Positions 18,934 to 34,106 of a stretch of DNA of 45,340 nt are shown in pieces. The stretch's first letter is position 1; every line of letters starts with the position of its first letter. The stretch comes from a virus (lineage: Duplodnaviria > Heunggongvirae > Uroviricota > Caudoviricetes). Made by a program: the position numbers and the translations under genes. The notes beneath the pieces were generated by a model. That model was not told the origin of the DNA. It searched no databases and saw only the letters and a program-made list of their open reading frames with translations. The DNA is taken from the IMG/VR virus record IMGVR_UViG_2537561977_000033; one strand, 5' to 3'.

Positions 18934-20233
18934 TTACACTGGTGTGTTCAGCAAATCGTTAACGGCATCAGATGCCGGGTTACCTGCAGCCAGCGGTGCC
19001 GGTGCCCCCTGCATCAGACGATCCAGCGCAGTGTCACTGCGCGCCTGTGCACTCTGTGGTGCTGCGGCCAGAATGCGGCGGGCCGTTTCCACGGTCATAC
19101 CGGGGGTTTCTGCCAGCACGCGGGCCTGTTCTTCGCGTCCGTGAGCCTCCTCACAGTTGAGGATCCCCATAATGCGGCTGTTTTCTGCCGCAACCGCAGC
19201 GGTGATCTGCGCGTTCACGTCCGGCTGCGCCGCGCTGGCGTTTTCGCCCTCCGTCGCTGGCACCACGTCAGTAACGTCAGCCTGCGAAGCAGTGGCTGAA
19301 ACAGTTGTTGATTGAGTCTCTTTGGTCATTCGCCCTCCTGAGAGACGGGATTTACGTGCATCCAGTGCATCACGCATAACGGTGATCGCATCGGTGCTGT
19401 TGACAAGTTCATCAGCCAGTCCGGCATCAATGGCCTCCTGACCGCTGTACACTGCAGCCTCGGTATCCAGCACAGCCTGCACGGACAGGCCGGTATATGC
19501 CGACACCTTCTGCGCAAACATCCGGCGGGTTGCGTCCATCCGGGACTGCAGTGTCTCCCGGACGTCATCCGGAAGATGGCTGTAGGGGTTGCCATCCACC
19601 TTATGGCTGCCGCTGTAAATCAGCGTGATTTCCACACCCTGTTTCTCCAGCGCAGCACCGTAATTACTGTGAGCCATCATGACGCCGATGGAGCCTGTCC
19701 GGGCGGTCTGCGTGACCAGACGCCGGGAGGCGGCACTGGCAAGCAACTGACCTGCACTGCAGTTCATGTCGTTGGCAAGCGCCCATACCGGTTTTATGTC
19801 ACGCACACGGGCGATGATGTCAGCGCAGTCAAATGCCCCCGCCACCATCCCGCCGGGCGTGTCCATATCGAGCAGAATGCCGTCCACCATCGGATCGCTG
19901 GCAGCCTGTTGCAGACGGGCGATAATGCCGTTGTAACCGGTCATCCCCGAGTACGGCTGCAGCGCCCGCGTCCGGCTGACCAGCGTGCCGGACACCGGCA
20001 GCACGGCGATGCCGTTCATGACCTGATAACTGCGGGCCTGTCGTGGTCCGTCATCATCACCGGATAATGCCAGCGTCGCGAGTGCCTCCTGGGCAGTCAG
20101 GCTGTCGCCGGACACCGCATCCGTCAGGCGGCTGATCCCAAGCTGGCCTGCAAGCGCACAAAAGAAAACCCGCGCATAGGCGGGTTCAAGCATCAGCGGC
20201 TCATTAAAGGCCATGCTGGCAATATGCGGGAGA

Positions 20234-20253
<20 letters not shown>
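18934..20253 (-). CDS. C: head protease/scaffold region protein C, 439 aa, GTG start (Nu3 scaffold is nested in its 3' part in lambda)
   Basis: Lambda C sequence starts at (V)TAELRNLPHIASMAFNEPLML; GTG at 20251-20253 preceded by AGGAGGAG; the supplied ORF extends upstream into the B overlap. Confidence 0.85.
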
Positions 20254-23934
<3,681 letters not shown>

Positions 23935-23960
<26 letters not shown>

Positions 23961-24480
23961 TCAGCAACCCCGGTATCAGTTCATCCAGCGCGGCTGCTTT
24001 GTTCATGGCTTTGATGATATCCCATTTCAGGAAATCAACATGTCGGTTTTCCAGTTCCGGAAAACGCCGCTGCACCGACAGGGGGATCCCGTCGAGAATA
24101 CTGGCAATTTCACCTGCGATCCGCGACAGCACGAAAGTACAGAATGCGGTTTCCACCACTTCAGCGGAGTCTCTGGCATTTTTCAGCTCCTGTGCGTCGG
24201 CCTGCGCACGCGTAAGTCGATGGCGTTCGTACTCAATAGTCCCTGGCTGGAGATCTGTCTCGCTGGCCTGCCGCAGTTCTTCAACTTCCCGGCGCAGCTT
24301 TTCGTTCTCAATTTCAGCATCCCTTTCGGCATACCATCTTATAACGGCGGCAGAGTCATAAAGCACCTCATTACCCTTGCCACCGCCTCGCAGAACGGGC
24401 ATTCCCTGTTCCTGCCAGTTCTGAATGGTACGGATACTCGCACCGAAAATGTCAGCCAGCTGCTTTTTGTTGACTTCCAT
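23935..24480 (-). CDS. Nu1: terminase small subunit Nu1, 181 aa
   Basis: MEVNKKQLADIFGASIRTIQNWQEQGMPVLRGGGKGNEVLYD... matches lambda Nu1. Confidence 0.9.
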
Positions 24481-24700
24481 TGCTCATTCCACGGACAAAA
24501 ACAGAGAAAGGAAACGACAGAGGCCAAAAAGCTCGCTTTCAGCACCTGTCGTTTCCTTTCTTTTCAGGGGGTATTTTAAATAAAAACATTAAGTTACGAC
24601 GAAGAAGAACGGAAACACCTTAAACCGGAAAATTTTCATAAATAGCGAAAACCCGCGAGGTCGCCGCCCCGTAACCTGTCGGATCGCCGGAAAGGACCCG
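24481..24700 (-). other. cos packaging site (cosB, cosN, cosQ) in circularly permuted prophage context
   Basis: 24658-24669 AGGTCGCCGCCC is the reverse complement of the lambda cohesive end GGGCGGCGACCT; the segment up to Nu1 mirrors the lambda left end and 24670-24700 the lambda right end (...CCGACAGGTTACG). Confidence 0.8.
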
Positions 24701-24868
24701 CAAAATGATAATAATTATCATCTACATGTCACAACGTGCATCTACGCCATCAAACCACGTCAAATAATCAATTATGACGCAGGTATCGTATTAATTGATC
24801 TGCATCAACTTAACGTAAAAACAACTTCAGACAATACAAATCAGCGACACTGAATACGGGGCAACCTC

Positions 24869-25063
24869 ATGTCAACGAAGAACAGAACCCGCAGAACAAC
24901 AACCCGCAACATCCGCTTTCCTAACCAAATGATTGAACAAATTAACATCGCTCTTGAGCAAAAAGGGTCCGGGAATTTCTCAGCCTGGGTCATTGAAGCC
25001 TGCCGTCGGAGACTAACGTCAGAAAAGAGAGCATATACATCAATCCAGAGTGATGATGGATGA
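24869..25063 (+). CDS. small prophage protein, 64 aa, YnfO/YlcI-like (DUF3950) by recollection
   Basis: MSTKNRTRRTTTRNIRFPNQMIEQINIALEQKGSGNFSAWVIEACRRRL; basic N-terminus. Confidence 0.4.
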   Translation: MSTKNRTRRTTTRNIRFPNQMIEQINIALEQKGSGNFSAWVIEACRRRLTSEKRAYTSIQSDDG

Positions 25064-25313
25064 ACATCCCGGTTTCTTTACCTTCCCTCCCTCCCCGCAC
25101 AGAACTGGCGAGCGTGAGGGACCAATATGTGAGCCATAAATGCCTTATCTTCAGAAATGCAGTTGGTATCCGAATAGAACGATATTGTAAATTCACCTAA
25201 ATACGAGGCATTGCTGTAGTTGAATTGCAGTACTGTATTAGCCTGACAGTGACAGAATACGATATTGACTCTGTCACTTGTGAAATGGTCAGAATGGTTA
25301 GCAGTTATGGTGA

Positions 25314-25520
25314 TCAGTCAACCAACAGGGAATAATCCTTCGTATTCTTATCGTGCTTTACTAACGCGGCCTCAATTGCCCTGAATGCTTCCAGAGATAC
25401 TTGATGTTCTATACATGCAATTACAACATCCGGGTAACCCATCGAAATGGTGCTATTAAGCATAGTTTTTACACGAACCTGCTCCTGGGAGGGGGTATCA
25501 ATGTATTGATCTTTATGCAT
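25314..25520 (-). CDS. hypothetical protein, 68 aa
   Basis: ORF only; no family recognised. Confidence 0.25.
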   Translation of the reverse strand: MHKDQYIDTPSQEQVRVKTMLNSTISMGYPDVVIACIEHQVSLEAFRAIEAALVKHDKNTKDYSLLVD

Positions 25521-25814
25521 TTTGTCGCTCCATTCGTTTGCTCTTCACTTGCGGCTAAAAATATAACGTCAAATCACTCAGCATGAAAGAGTGAAAGTTT
25601 CAGCGCGTTTCCCTTACATAATCTGTCGTTTGTATTCTCTTCAGGCATACCGGAAAGACTAGGTATTGTCACACAACCAATACCATCGACAATCGAGATT
25701 TATATCTATTCGGTAATGTTTAAATATAACAAAACCCCGTAAAACGAGGTTTATGGGTAATTTGTATTGTTGAATAGCATCTGATGAGAAATTGATGCTA
25801 ATACTATAAACATA

Positions 25815-25988
25815 CTAGATTAAATCAATCTTGATATCATAGCTTTCAAGACCAGTCATTTTTTCCGTGCAGTAAACTGGATACTGGTAACTTCTTTCCC
25901 GGTCTTTTTCTTAAGCTCAATGATTTTTTTGTTATATATTCAGAAATATCTGCTTCTGTTTTTGTTTTAACTCTTCAATGTTCATCAT
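25815..25988 (-). pseudogene. gnsB: GnsA/GnsB-family gene remnant with two frame changes
   Basis: Three frames give MMNIEELKQ / KTEADISEYITKK / IIELKKKTGKEVTSIQFTARKKMTGLESYDIKIDLI, together resembling GnsA/B (MNIEELKKQAETEI...NKNTGKEV...FTAREKMTGLESYDVKI); breaks lie at A-runs. Confidence 0.45.
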
Positions 25989-26159
25989 TTCCTCTTTTAG
26001 TCTGTTATGACTTTCCTGGTACACAGTAGTGTCAATTATATGGAGTAAACGTATAAAAGATAAGATGAAACATCGCAATAATCAACATACGACGGTCTAA
26101 ATTTCACACAAACAGATAAAGATGATTATCATTTATTATCAATGCATTAGAATCAAATC

Positions 26160-26340
26160 AATTCAAGAGTCTCATTGCTGCTTCCAGAATTTCTTCTGAA
26201 GTTACATGTCGATCCGCTGCTACATAAATGACTTTATGATCTCCGGTCAGAGATGGAAACCCTGCGGCCATTACAGTAAGGTGTGTTTTTCGCCATTTGG
26301 ATATTCACGCATGATGGTGTTAACTCCAGTCATCGCTGGC
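26160..26340 (-). pseudogene. unidentified small gene remnant split over two frames
   Basis: ...PAMTGVNTIMREYPNGEKHTLL(stop) followed in another frame by MAAGFPSLTGDHKVIYVAADRHVTSEEILEAAMRLLN. Confidence 0.2.
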
Positions 26341-26656
26341 ACTACCACTGCTGGTTCAGAGTTAAAAAAACTATGATTTTTTCATGATGTTACCGTAGTA
26401 TGTGAGTATCCATCGAATAGACACCAAGCAAAAAAGCTCCCGAAGGAGCCTTCATTTTCACTTTTTTAAATCCAACGACAGACGGCTGGCATTTAAGTAT
26501 TGTGAAATATTATCAAATGTAATCATCATTGATTTACAAAAGATACATTTTGCCCCGAAAGGATTCATGTCAGAAACATCAAAAGATGATGTTCTATACT
26601 GGGAACCATGACAACACGGGCATCTAAAGTGAATATGGTTTGTAATATTGTCTACC

Positions 26657-26869
26657 TCAAAGCGCCACTACATGAACAGCGGCAGGACCTTTAGGTCCGT
26701 TCTCAATACCAAATTCAACTTCCTGATTCTCAGTTAATGTTTTGAAATCGTTGCTCTGAATTGCTGAGAAATGGACAAACACATCTTTGCTGCCATCTTT
26801 CGGCGTGATGAAACCAAAACCTTTTTCAGGGTTAAACCATTTCACTAAACCAGTCATTTTGTTAGACAT
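26657..26869 (-). CDS. cspI: cold-shock protein (CspA family), 70 aa
   Basis: [38 protein letters not shown]... with RNP1/RNP2 motifs; matches my memory of CspI. Confidence 0.8.
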   Translation of the reverse strand: MSNKMTGLVKWFNPEKGFGFITPKDGSKDVFVHFSAIQSNDFKTLTENQEVEFGIENGPKGPAAVHVVAL

Positions 26870-27230
26870 AATTATTACCTTTTGAAGAAATTAGCCCTTG
26901 GGCAGAATGGTCCGAAAAAAATATCAGAGAGAAAAACCAACAAGGAAATCTCAAGAGGTACAAATAATAAAATTATAACAATGACTGCTTCAGATAAATT
27001 TGTAACAAACCAGAACACCATTAACGCATGATTAACCACCCATAGCAAGGATTACTTTTGTAAAGAAAAACACAGCAATGAAAGAATAGCTTTATTTATT
27101 AATAAAACGTGTCATTCTGATTAAGACCTTTTATCTTACCCTTAAGATTTCAGGAATTTTGGCTCATGGAAGAGTCCTTTTTATTCAAATTTTACATTCC
27201 GCGATGTAAATGTTCCGATTTAATATTACC

Positions 27231-28253
<1,023 letters not shown>

Positions 28254-28257
<4 letters not shown>

Positions 28258-28565
28258 AGATATTTATGATGAGGACGCTCGTGCTTATTGGCAGGATTTT
28301 CAATCTTAAAGGAGTACTGATGCTGCAGATAAGACTCAACTTTTTCTGACAATTTTTCTGCTACTTCCAGGAAGACTTGCCGGACGCTCCTTCTGGCTGC
28401 TGCCTCATAAAACTCCAGCGCAGCTCCTTCAACACGGTCCATGGCGACATCCAGGTCAAAAATTTCACCGTCAAAGCGTTCTTTGTCCTGTAAGGCTACA
28501 GTTACCGTAACTTTATTCTCAAAATTACGGACTCCTTTCACAACCAGTTCATAGTCTTGAGTCAT
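28254..28565 (-). CDS. ydfR: YdfR-like protein (DUF1327), 103 aa
   Basis: Between holin and lysozyme, as in K-12 Qin. Confidence 0.5.
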
Positions 28566-28569
28566 TGGA

Positions 28570-28785
28570 TTACTCTCCTCTCGCAGCCTTACGCCTGTCT
28601 TCTTTAATCTTGAAATAAAGATTTGTCAGATACGTCAGCAGGCCAAAAACCAGGCTACCCAGCACACCGATTGCAGCCCACTGTGACGGAGTTACTTTAT
28701 CGAGTAACTGCAATGCCCAGAAACCAGCATTACCCGCCGATGTGCCATAGGCAACACCTGTTGTTAACTTATCCATTGATTTCAT
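28570..28785 (-). CDS. essQ: phage 21 S-type holin (pinholin), 71 aa, with dual-start motif MKSM
   Basis: [71 protein letters not shown] resembles S21; the supplied ORF extends 25 codons upstream. Confidence 0.75.
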   Translation of the reverse strand: MKSMDKLTTGVAYGTSAGNAGFWALQLLDKVTPSQWAAIGVLGSLVFGLLTYLTNLYFKIKEDRRKAARGE

Positions 28786-29004
28786 ATCCTCACCCCGATG
28801 TACACGGATGGTGCAATATGTTTGAAAAGATCGGAGTCTACGGGGTAGTTTTGACAGCACACGTTGTTCTCAACGGCGCTAAAAAAACATACACATTAAA
28901 AATGTGGGTAATTATTTTGAAAGAAAGTCATATATAAAATAATAATACGAGAAATGTTTTCATATTTAGTGTACTGTATACGGCCATTTATACAGGAAAA
29001 GCCT

Positions 29005-29175
29005 ATGTCAGAACGTAAAAACTCAAAATCACGCCGTAATTATCTCGTTAAATGTTCCTGCCCAAACTGCACCCAAGAGTCAGAACACAGTTTTTCAAGA
29101 GTACAAAAAGGTGCCCTTTTGATCTGCCCTCATTGCAACAAAGTATTCCAGACAAATCTTAAAGCTGTAGCCTGA
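29005..29175 (+). CDS. small Cys4 zinc-ribbon protein, ~56 aa
   Basis: MSERKNSKSRRNYLVKCSCPNCTQESEHSFSRVQKGALLICPHCNKVF; AGGAAA RBS before the ATG at 29005. Confidence 0.35.
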   Translation: MSERKNSKSRRNYLVKCSCPNCTQESEHSFSRVQKGALLICPHCNKVFQTNLKAVA

Positions 29176-29537
29176 TTGATTTTATTAGTAACAAGTATTT
29201 TTATATTTTAATAATATATTTAAAGCAGATAATAAAAAACCCGCCTGAGCGGGTTTGAGATTGTGGTGCTTTTTGTGGGAGTCATCCACTTACGCACTTT
29301 GTTTTGCCATGCCAGCAGTTAGCTTCTGCTGTAAAACTATTCATGCAGCAAACCTGCACTTCACCACAATGGTTAGCATACTTTTCCTGATTAAGATTTT
29401 GCCAAATATGCTAGCCATTGTTTCATGTATTGGACCTCCTTACTTTTTATTAAAGAGATCCAATATTCACTACTCTGTCCGTATCTCTACTCAGGCATCA
29501 GCCTTCTTCGTTATCGTATACAGACGAGCGATGAATT

Positions 29538-29753
29538 TTAATCAGTAATGATGACATTTGCTGCTGCAGGACCTTTAGCACCACTCTCTATAGAGAAGGT
29601 AACCTTTTGACCTTCAAATAAGGTTCGATAATTATCATTCTGAATCGCAGAAAAATGCACAAACACATCTTTACTACCATCAACAGGAGAAATAAAGCCG
29701 AAACCTTTATCAGCGTTAAACCATTTTACTAAACCAGTCATTTTATTTGACAT
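29538..29753 (-). CDS. cspB: cold-shock protein (CspA family), 71 aa
   Basis: [51 protein letters not shown]... matches my memory of CspB. Confidence 0.8.
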   Translation of the reverse strand: MSNKMTGLVKWFNADKGFGFISPVDGSKDVFVHFSAIQNDNYRTLFEGQKVTFSIESGAKGPAAANVIITD

Positions 29754-30052
29754 TCTACATTCCTTAACTTGAGCCTTTCGGCATAAATGGTTTGCATAAC
29801 AGAAACGACTTCGTACTTAATTGGAGAGACTCAAAGAAGGAATAAGTGAATAACACCTGAAATGAGAACTGCTTTAGTAAACTACTTCGTATATCGTCTG
29901 TTCTTCAAACCGACGCAATCATTAACGCATAGTTGAACATATGAAGCAATGTTTATTTTAGACATCCAGCCGTCTTCAACCCCATCAAAAACTATAGCTT
30001 TCTTCAGGAACGTGTGTATAGTGCGCCAAGTTATCAGTATTAAGGAATTTTT

Positions 30053-30265
30053 TTGTCCCGTAAAATGACAGGAATTGTCAAAACCTTTGACGGCAAAAGC
30101 GGCAAGGGTCTTATCACCCCATCCGATGGTCGTATCGATGTCCAGCTTCATGTTTCAGCGCTCAATCTCCGCGATGCAGAAGAAATTACCACCGGATTAC
30201 GCGTGGAATTTTGCCGGATAAATGGTCTGCGTGGCCCTTCAGCTGCCAATGTTTACCTTTCATGA
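30053..30265 (+). CDS. cspF: cold-shock-domain protein, divergent CspF/CspH-type, 70 aa
   Basis: [44 protein letters not shown]...[18 protein letters not shown]. Confidence 0.75.
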
Positions 30266-30556
30266 GCTATATTAAAGCTTTAATTTCAGGCCCCATCGGA
30301 TCACACATGGAGAGTTTTTATGAATAACCCCGTCTGTCTTGATGACTGGTTGATTGGCTTTAAAAGCTTATGCTGTACTTTGGCCGTAATAGCTCTGCTA
30401 ATAATATAATAAGCAGACTCATTGTGTTTAGGGGCATTGTACTGGAAGAAAACATTTTAAACATCAGGCAAATAACCAAGTCACCAGCTAAATAATAAGT
30501 TAACAGACATGAGTCCCGGGATGAGATTCAACATTACCATTGCCCCATTTAAAGCA

Positions 30557-30584
30557 CAAAACCCGCTCATCAGCGGGTTTTCTA
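30557..30584 (-). terminator. hairpin terminator candidate (tR'-like) downstream of the putative late promoter
   Basis: Perfect stem AAACCCGCT/AGCGGGTTT with a 5-nt loop; T-rich on both sides. Confidence 0.4.
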
Positions 30585-30619
30585 CTTTTTCTTAACGTCG
30601 GGTATACAAAGCCCATCGT

Positions 30620-30655
30620 TGAAAAAATTTTATCCATATTTTTTGAAAAATGCAA
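30620..30655 (-). promoter_or_regulatory. candidate late promoter pR' (sigma-70) just downstream of Q
   Basis: Minus strand TTGCAT (30650-30655), 17-nt spacer, TAAAAT (30627-30632); 32 bp after the Q stop. Confidence 0.4.
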
Positions 30656-30686
30656 ACATCATGTCGCCATCTTCAGCAAAAATCAT

Positions 30687-31439
30687 TTATCTCGTCACCT
30701 TCCTCAATTGCGCTTCCGCGTATGCTTCTTCCTGCCAGCACTTTGTTACCAGTTTACCAATGACGTCCGCATACCCCTTATACCACTGATAATCGGTCAG
30801 GTCTGGTACCAGCTTCTGGACATGACGTCGTGCCAGCGTGGTCGGTAAACGACTAAACCGGTTTCCATTACAACGCCCACAAATCTTATATACCGGTACG
30901 CCATGAAACCGGGTTCTTTTTTCATCCAGAACAATCCCTTTACCCTTACACCCTCTGCACGCTGTGCTGGCTTCGCCCTTACCATGGCAATGCTGACATA
31001 GTTCCTTCACCCATTCTTCCTTGATTACAGATTCCCCGCGTCTGTAGTGTTTCACCACTTCGCGCAATACATTATAAAATCCCGTACCTGAACAATGCTC
31101 ACAGCGAGCCTTACTTGCCGCAGACCTGGAGTAATCAGCAAAGGCAAAACTCACGAGGTAAGGAATAATCTGTAACCGGATTTCTTCACTCAATTTGTTC
31201 AATGTCGGGTTATCCAGTGCCATCGCGTAATTTAGCAGGCCTTCAATCGCAAACTGAGGGTCCTGAACACCAACTTTTGCCAGAAATAAGGCCAACCCAA
31301 GTGGTGCTTTCGACTGCACCATCCCCTGCGCTGCCATTACATCCGTAATTGTTAAACAACCGGTGCCTGTCGCTGGAGCGTCATCGCTCAATTTTGGAGA
31401 TTTTGGGGAGTAATATTTTGGTAAGGCTTCAAGGTTCAT
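30687..31439 (-). CDS. quuQ: late-gene antiterminator Q (phage 82/21-type), ~250 aa from the internal Met
   Basis: Cys-rich zinc-binding region (CEHCSGTGF...CQHCHGKGE...CRGCKGKG...CGRCNGN); position before the lysis genes; start MNLEALPKYY avoids overlap with the upstream gene. Confidence 0.75.
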   Translation of the reverse strand: MNLEALPKYYSPKSPKLSDDAPATGTGCLTITDVMAAQGMVQSKAPLGLALFLAKVGVQDPQFAIEGLLNYAMALDNPTLNKLSEEIRLQIIPYLVSFAFADYSRSAASKARCEHCSGTGFYNVLREVVKHYRRGESVIKEEWVKELCQHCHGKGEASTACRGCKGKGIVLDEKRTRFHGVPVYKICGRCNGNRFSRLPTTLARRHVQKLVPDLTDYQWYKGYADVIGKLVTKCWQEEAYAEAQLRKVTR

Positions 31440-31452
31440 GCTCGTTCTCCAC

Positions 31453-32541
31453 TTACGCCAGTACGCCAATTGCCAGCGCGCGATCGATAAAACGAAATAT
31501 CAGCTCCAGTTGGGAGCCATACTTATCTTCAAATGCCACTGTATCCGTATGCAGCTCGTTGTGATGCTTTCTGCACAAAGGCAACACAAAGAGATCATGT
31601 GCTTTTGTTCCCATTCCGCCCTGCCCGTGACCAATCAGATGATGCGGATCGTCGGCTGGCATACCGCAGCAAGCACACGGCTGTGTCTTAACCCAACGTG
31701 TGTATTTCTCCTTAACCCAGCGGCGACGTTTAGGCAGCTTCATGAAAGATTCCGGAGACTCTGGATCAACGGTGATGCTTACCACCGTCTTTTCCTGTGG
31801 TGATTTTTGTTGCTGGTGGGCGTAAGGCAACGGTGCAAGATTTTTTGTGCGTTGTTTCAATATTCTGGTGGCGGTCTGCTCTCCCGGTACGATGTCGCTT
31901 TCGCGGTACACCGAGCAGATTTTTTCCGCTGGTAATCCCAGCGAACGACGCGATACAGCCTCAGGTAGTGCATCCACCACCTGATTGCAGACCGCCCACC
32001 AGGATAATTCAGCCAAAGATAATTCCCGCTCCTGCGTACCGCTTATTGCGTGACGGATGACGTCAATCACCCATGCTGTCAGATTTTGTTGAGCAAGCAG
32101 CTCCAGTGATTCCGATGTCTGGTCACGCAGTTGGTTGTCGCAGTGCCAGCACAACACCATTGCGCCGGTACCATAACGGTGAATGACTGTTTCAGTGTGA
32201 TGGTAATCGCCATTAGGCCACTGGCAGGATGTAACATGACGTAATAGCCAGTCGGACAATGCGCCAACGCCGCCAGCAGCACGAATCACCCGTTCGTTAC
32301 TAAAAAACGGCAGCAATGTTTTGTCTTCCGCCAGCGGCTGGCGAACGGCAGGAACGACTCCGGATGGCAGATTACGCATGCTTTTTGGTTCCGGTTCCAC
32401 CAGCACTCGAGGATTATGAAATATCTGTATGGATTCACGGCCCGGCTTAAGGACCACCAGCCCAAGCTCAGGCACCAGAACAGGTCTAAGTAATACCCGC
32501 ACGTTACCTCCAGATCCGTTGCTGGAAAGTGCGGGACGCAC
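31453..32541 (-). CDS. ydfU: DUF968-family protein with C-terminal HNH-like Cys/His motif; start uncertain
   Basis: C-terminus ...PCACCGMPADDPHHLIGHGQGGMGTKAHDLFVLPLCRKHHNELH; upstream of Q as ydfU is in K-12 Qin. Confidence 0.55.
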   Translation of the reverse strand: MRPALSSNGSGGNVRVLLRPVLVPELGLVVLKPGRESIQIFHNPRVLVEPEPKSMRNLPSGVVPAVRQPLAEDKTLLPFFSNERVIRAAGGVGALSDWLLRHVTSCQWPNGDYHHTETVIHRYGTGAMVLCWHCDNQLRDQTSESLELLAQQNLTAWVIDVIRHAISGTQERELSLAELSWWAVCNQVVDALPEAVSRRSLGLPAEKICSVYRESDIVPGEQTATRILKQRTKNLAPLPYAHQQQKSPQEKTVVSITVDPESPESFMKLPKRRRWVKEKYTRWVKTQPCACCGMPADDPHHLIGHGQGGMGTKAHDLFVLPLCRKHHNELHTDTVAFEDKYGSQLELIFRFIDRALAIGVLA

Positions 32542-32782
32542 GTGGTGGGCGTTCGGAATAAGGCAGCCTGACAGAGATTATCCAGTGCCGATAGTCGAGA
32601 CTGAGAGCTTTCTTAACCTCGAACCCGCGCCTGCGGTAAGAATGAATCAGCCATTCGGCCTGTTCTGCAGTGCATGGAGGGTGCTGGAACCATTCAGACT
32701 TGAATGCGTGAGAATACCGCCCGTGCGTGCAGGCAAGAACGGGCGAATTATCAGAATTGTAATATTTTGCGTTGCGTGCCAT
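32504..32782 (-). CDS. hypothetical protein, 92 aa
   Basis: ORF only; overlaps the longest possible ydfU start. Confidence 0.3.
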   Translation of the reverse strand: MARNAKYYNSDNSPVLACTHGRYSHAFKSEWFQHPPCTAEQAEWLIHSYRRRGFEVKKALSLDYRHWIISVRLPYSERPPRASRTFQQRIWR

Positions 32783-32848
32783 CGGTTTTCTCCGGTGGCA
32801 CGGTGTTACTCAGCGGGAGTTCAGCCCCGCGCAAGATTGTAGATGAGT

Positions 32849-33100
32849 TTATTCTCCTGAAAAAGCAGAAAAGCCAGCTTTTATTCCGATCTCTTTCAAT
32901 GCCTGTAATGAAGTGACAAACTCACCTTCGCGCAAGATAAATCCGTCCGTGACCCGAGCATCCACAAAATTAATTAACGCAGCCCCATTCTTTCGCAAAC
33001 ACATAATGCGGTAATGACTAACAAGATTTCCATTTTCAACGCACACAGCATAGAGGCCATCTTCACAAAAAATTTTACGCAGTTCTTCGATGTTCATCAT
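32849..33100 (-). CDS. hypothetical protein, 83 aa (possibly Rem by position and length)
   Basis: MMNIEELRKIFCEDGLYAVCVENG...; symbol not assigned because I cannot recall the Rem sequence. Confidence 0.35.
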   Translation of the reverse strand: MMNIEELRKIFCEDGLYAVCVENGNLVSHYRIMCLRKNGAALINFVDARVTDGFILREGEFVTSLQALKEIGIKAGFSAFSGE

Positions 33101-33315
33101 CAGAATCCTTCCGGATAATTAGCTCTCCCCTTTAAGGGACCATCCCTCTTCTCCCTGCGCGCTACTTAAGTATTTTTGATTCTATTCCGGCACCGTCCAG
33201 AACTTCAAACGCGTTGAAAATAAAACAAAAACCCGCCGAAGCGGGTTAAGTGCGGGTGCGTTGAGGATGCCTGCCACATCAGAGGTGGCGAGGGATTTCT
33301 CCCTCGCCGGGTCTC

Positions 33316-33471
33316 TTACTCCTCAGGTTCGTAAGCTGTGAAGACAGCGACCTCCGTCTGGCCGGTTCGGATTCGTACCTCGCAAAGGTCTTTCCTCGTT
33401 ACCAGTGCCGTCACTATGACGGTTAAACAGATGACGATCAGGGCGATTAACATCGCCTTTTGCTGCTTCAT
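33316..33471 (-). CDS. hokD: Hok-family type I toxin, 51 aa
   Basis: Hand translation of the minus strand: MKQQKAMLIALIVICLTVIVTALVTRKDLCEVRIRTGQTEVAVFTAYEPEE; not in the ORF track (short). Confidence 0.8.
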   Translation of the reverse strand: MKQQKAMLIALIVICLTVIVTALVTRKDLCEVRIRTGQTEVAVFTAYEPEE

Positions 33472-33542
33472 AGCCTGCTTCTCCTGTCAACGCAAAGCAG
33501 AAGTGTCACCTTCGGTGCGAAACAGAGATGTCATGCTTTGGT

Positions 33543-33830
33543 TCAGAGAATGCGTTTGACCGCCTCGCTATATACTTCCGAGCGTTCTCTTTTCCCAACA
33601 GAAATCACGAAAACGACAACTTTCTCGTCTATAACCTGGTATACAAGGCGATAGCCTGAAGACCGGAGCTTAATCTTGTAACAATCAGGCATACCACGGA
33701 GCTTGTTTGCTTCAATCCGGGGTGACTCAAGTACTTCAACCAACTTCTTTTTCAACTGTTCACGTACCGTCGAGCCCAGCTTTCGCCATTCCTTTAGTGC
33801 CCGCTCGTCAAAATCCAGAAAATACGCCAT
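33543..33830 (-). CDS. relE: RelE mRNA interferase toxin, 95 aa
   Basis: MAYFLDFDERALKEWRKLGSTVREQLKKKLVEVLESPRIEANKLRGMPDCYKIKLRSSGYRLVYQVIDEKVVVFVISVGKRERSEVY matches RelE. Confidence 0.85.
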   Translation of the reverse strand: MAYFLDFDERALKEWRKLGSTVREQLKKKLVEVLESPRIEANKLRGMPDCYKIKLRSSGYRLVYQVIDEKVVVFVISVGKRERSEVYSEAVKRIL

Positions 33831-34069
33831 CAGAGTTCATCCAGCGTCACACGTACTGGCTTAGGATTACGAAGCCGTTCTTTCACTATCTCCACAAGTT
33901 CAGCATCTTCATCACTCAGGAGTGTCTGTTTGAACGGCAAGCGTTCATTGTCAGCGATATACTCGAGCATGAGACGAAGCGCTTCAGAAGGAGTTACACC
34001 CATTTTTTCAAGCGCGGCGTAAGAACGCGCTTTAAGTTCATCGTCAATACGCAGGTTAATGCTACCCAT
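33830..34069 (-). CDS. relB: RelB antitoxin, 79 aa
   Basis: MGSINLRIDDELKARSYAALEKMGVTPSEALRLMLEYIADNERLPFKQTLLSDEDAELVEIVKERLRNPKPVRVTLDEL matches RelB; stop/start overlap with relE. Confidence 0.85.
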   Translation of the reverse strand: MGSINLRIDDELKARSYAALEKMGVTPSEALRLMLEYIADNERLPFKQTLLSDEDAELVEIVKERLRNPKPVRVTLDEL

Positions 34070-34080
34070 GTCTTACACCT

Positions 34081-34106
34081 CTTGTAATTACAAATGTCAT
34101 TACAAG
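34081..34106 (-). promoter_or_regulatory. relBE operator (relO) palindromic repeats upstream of relB
   Basis: CTTGTAATTACAAATGTCATTACAAG, hexad repeats TTGTAAT/ATTACAA, 12 bp upstream of the relB start. Confidence 0.5.

Noticed and set aside
24990-25196. 68-aa minus-strand ORF overlapping the ynfO-like gene
   Set aside because: Overlaps the better-supported plus-strand gene; Gly/Arg/Glu-rich low-complexity start.
29882-30151. 89-aa minus-strand ORF overlapping the cspF start and leader
   Set aside because: Overlaps a well-supported cold-shock gene and its 5' UTR; no recognisable features.
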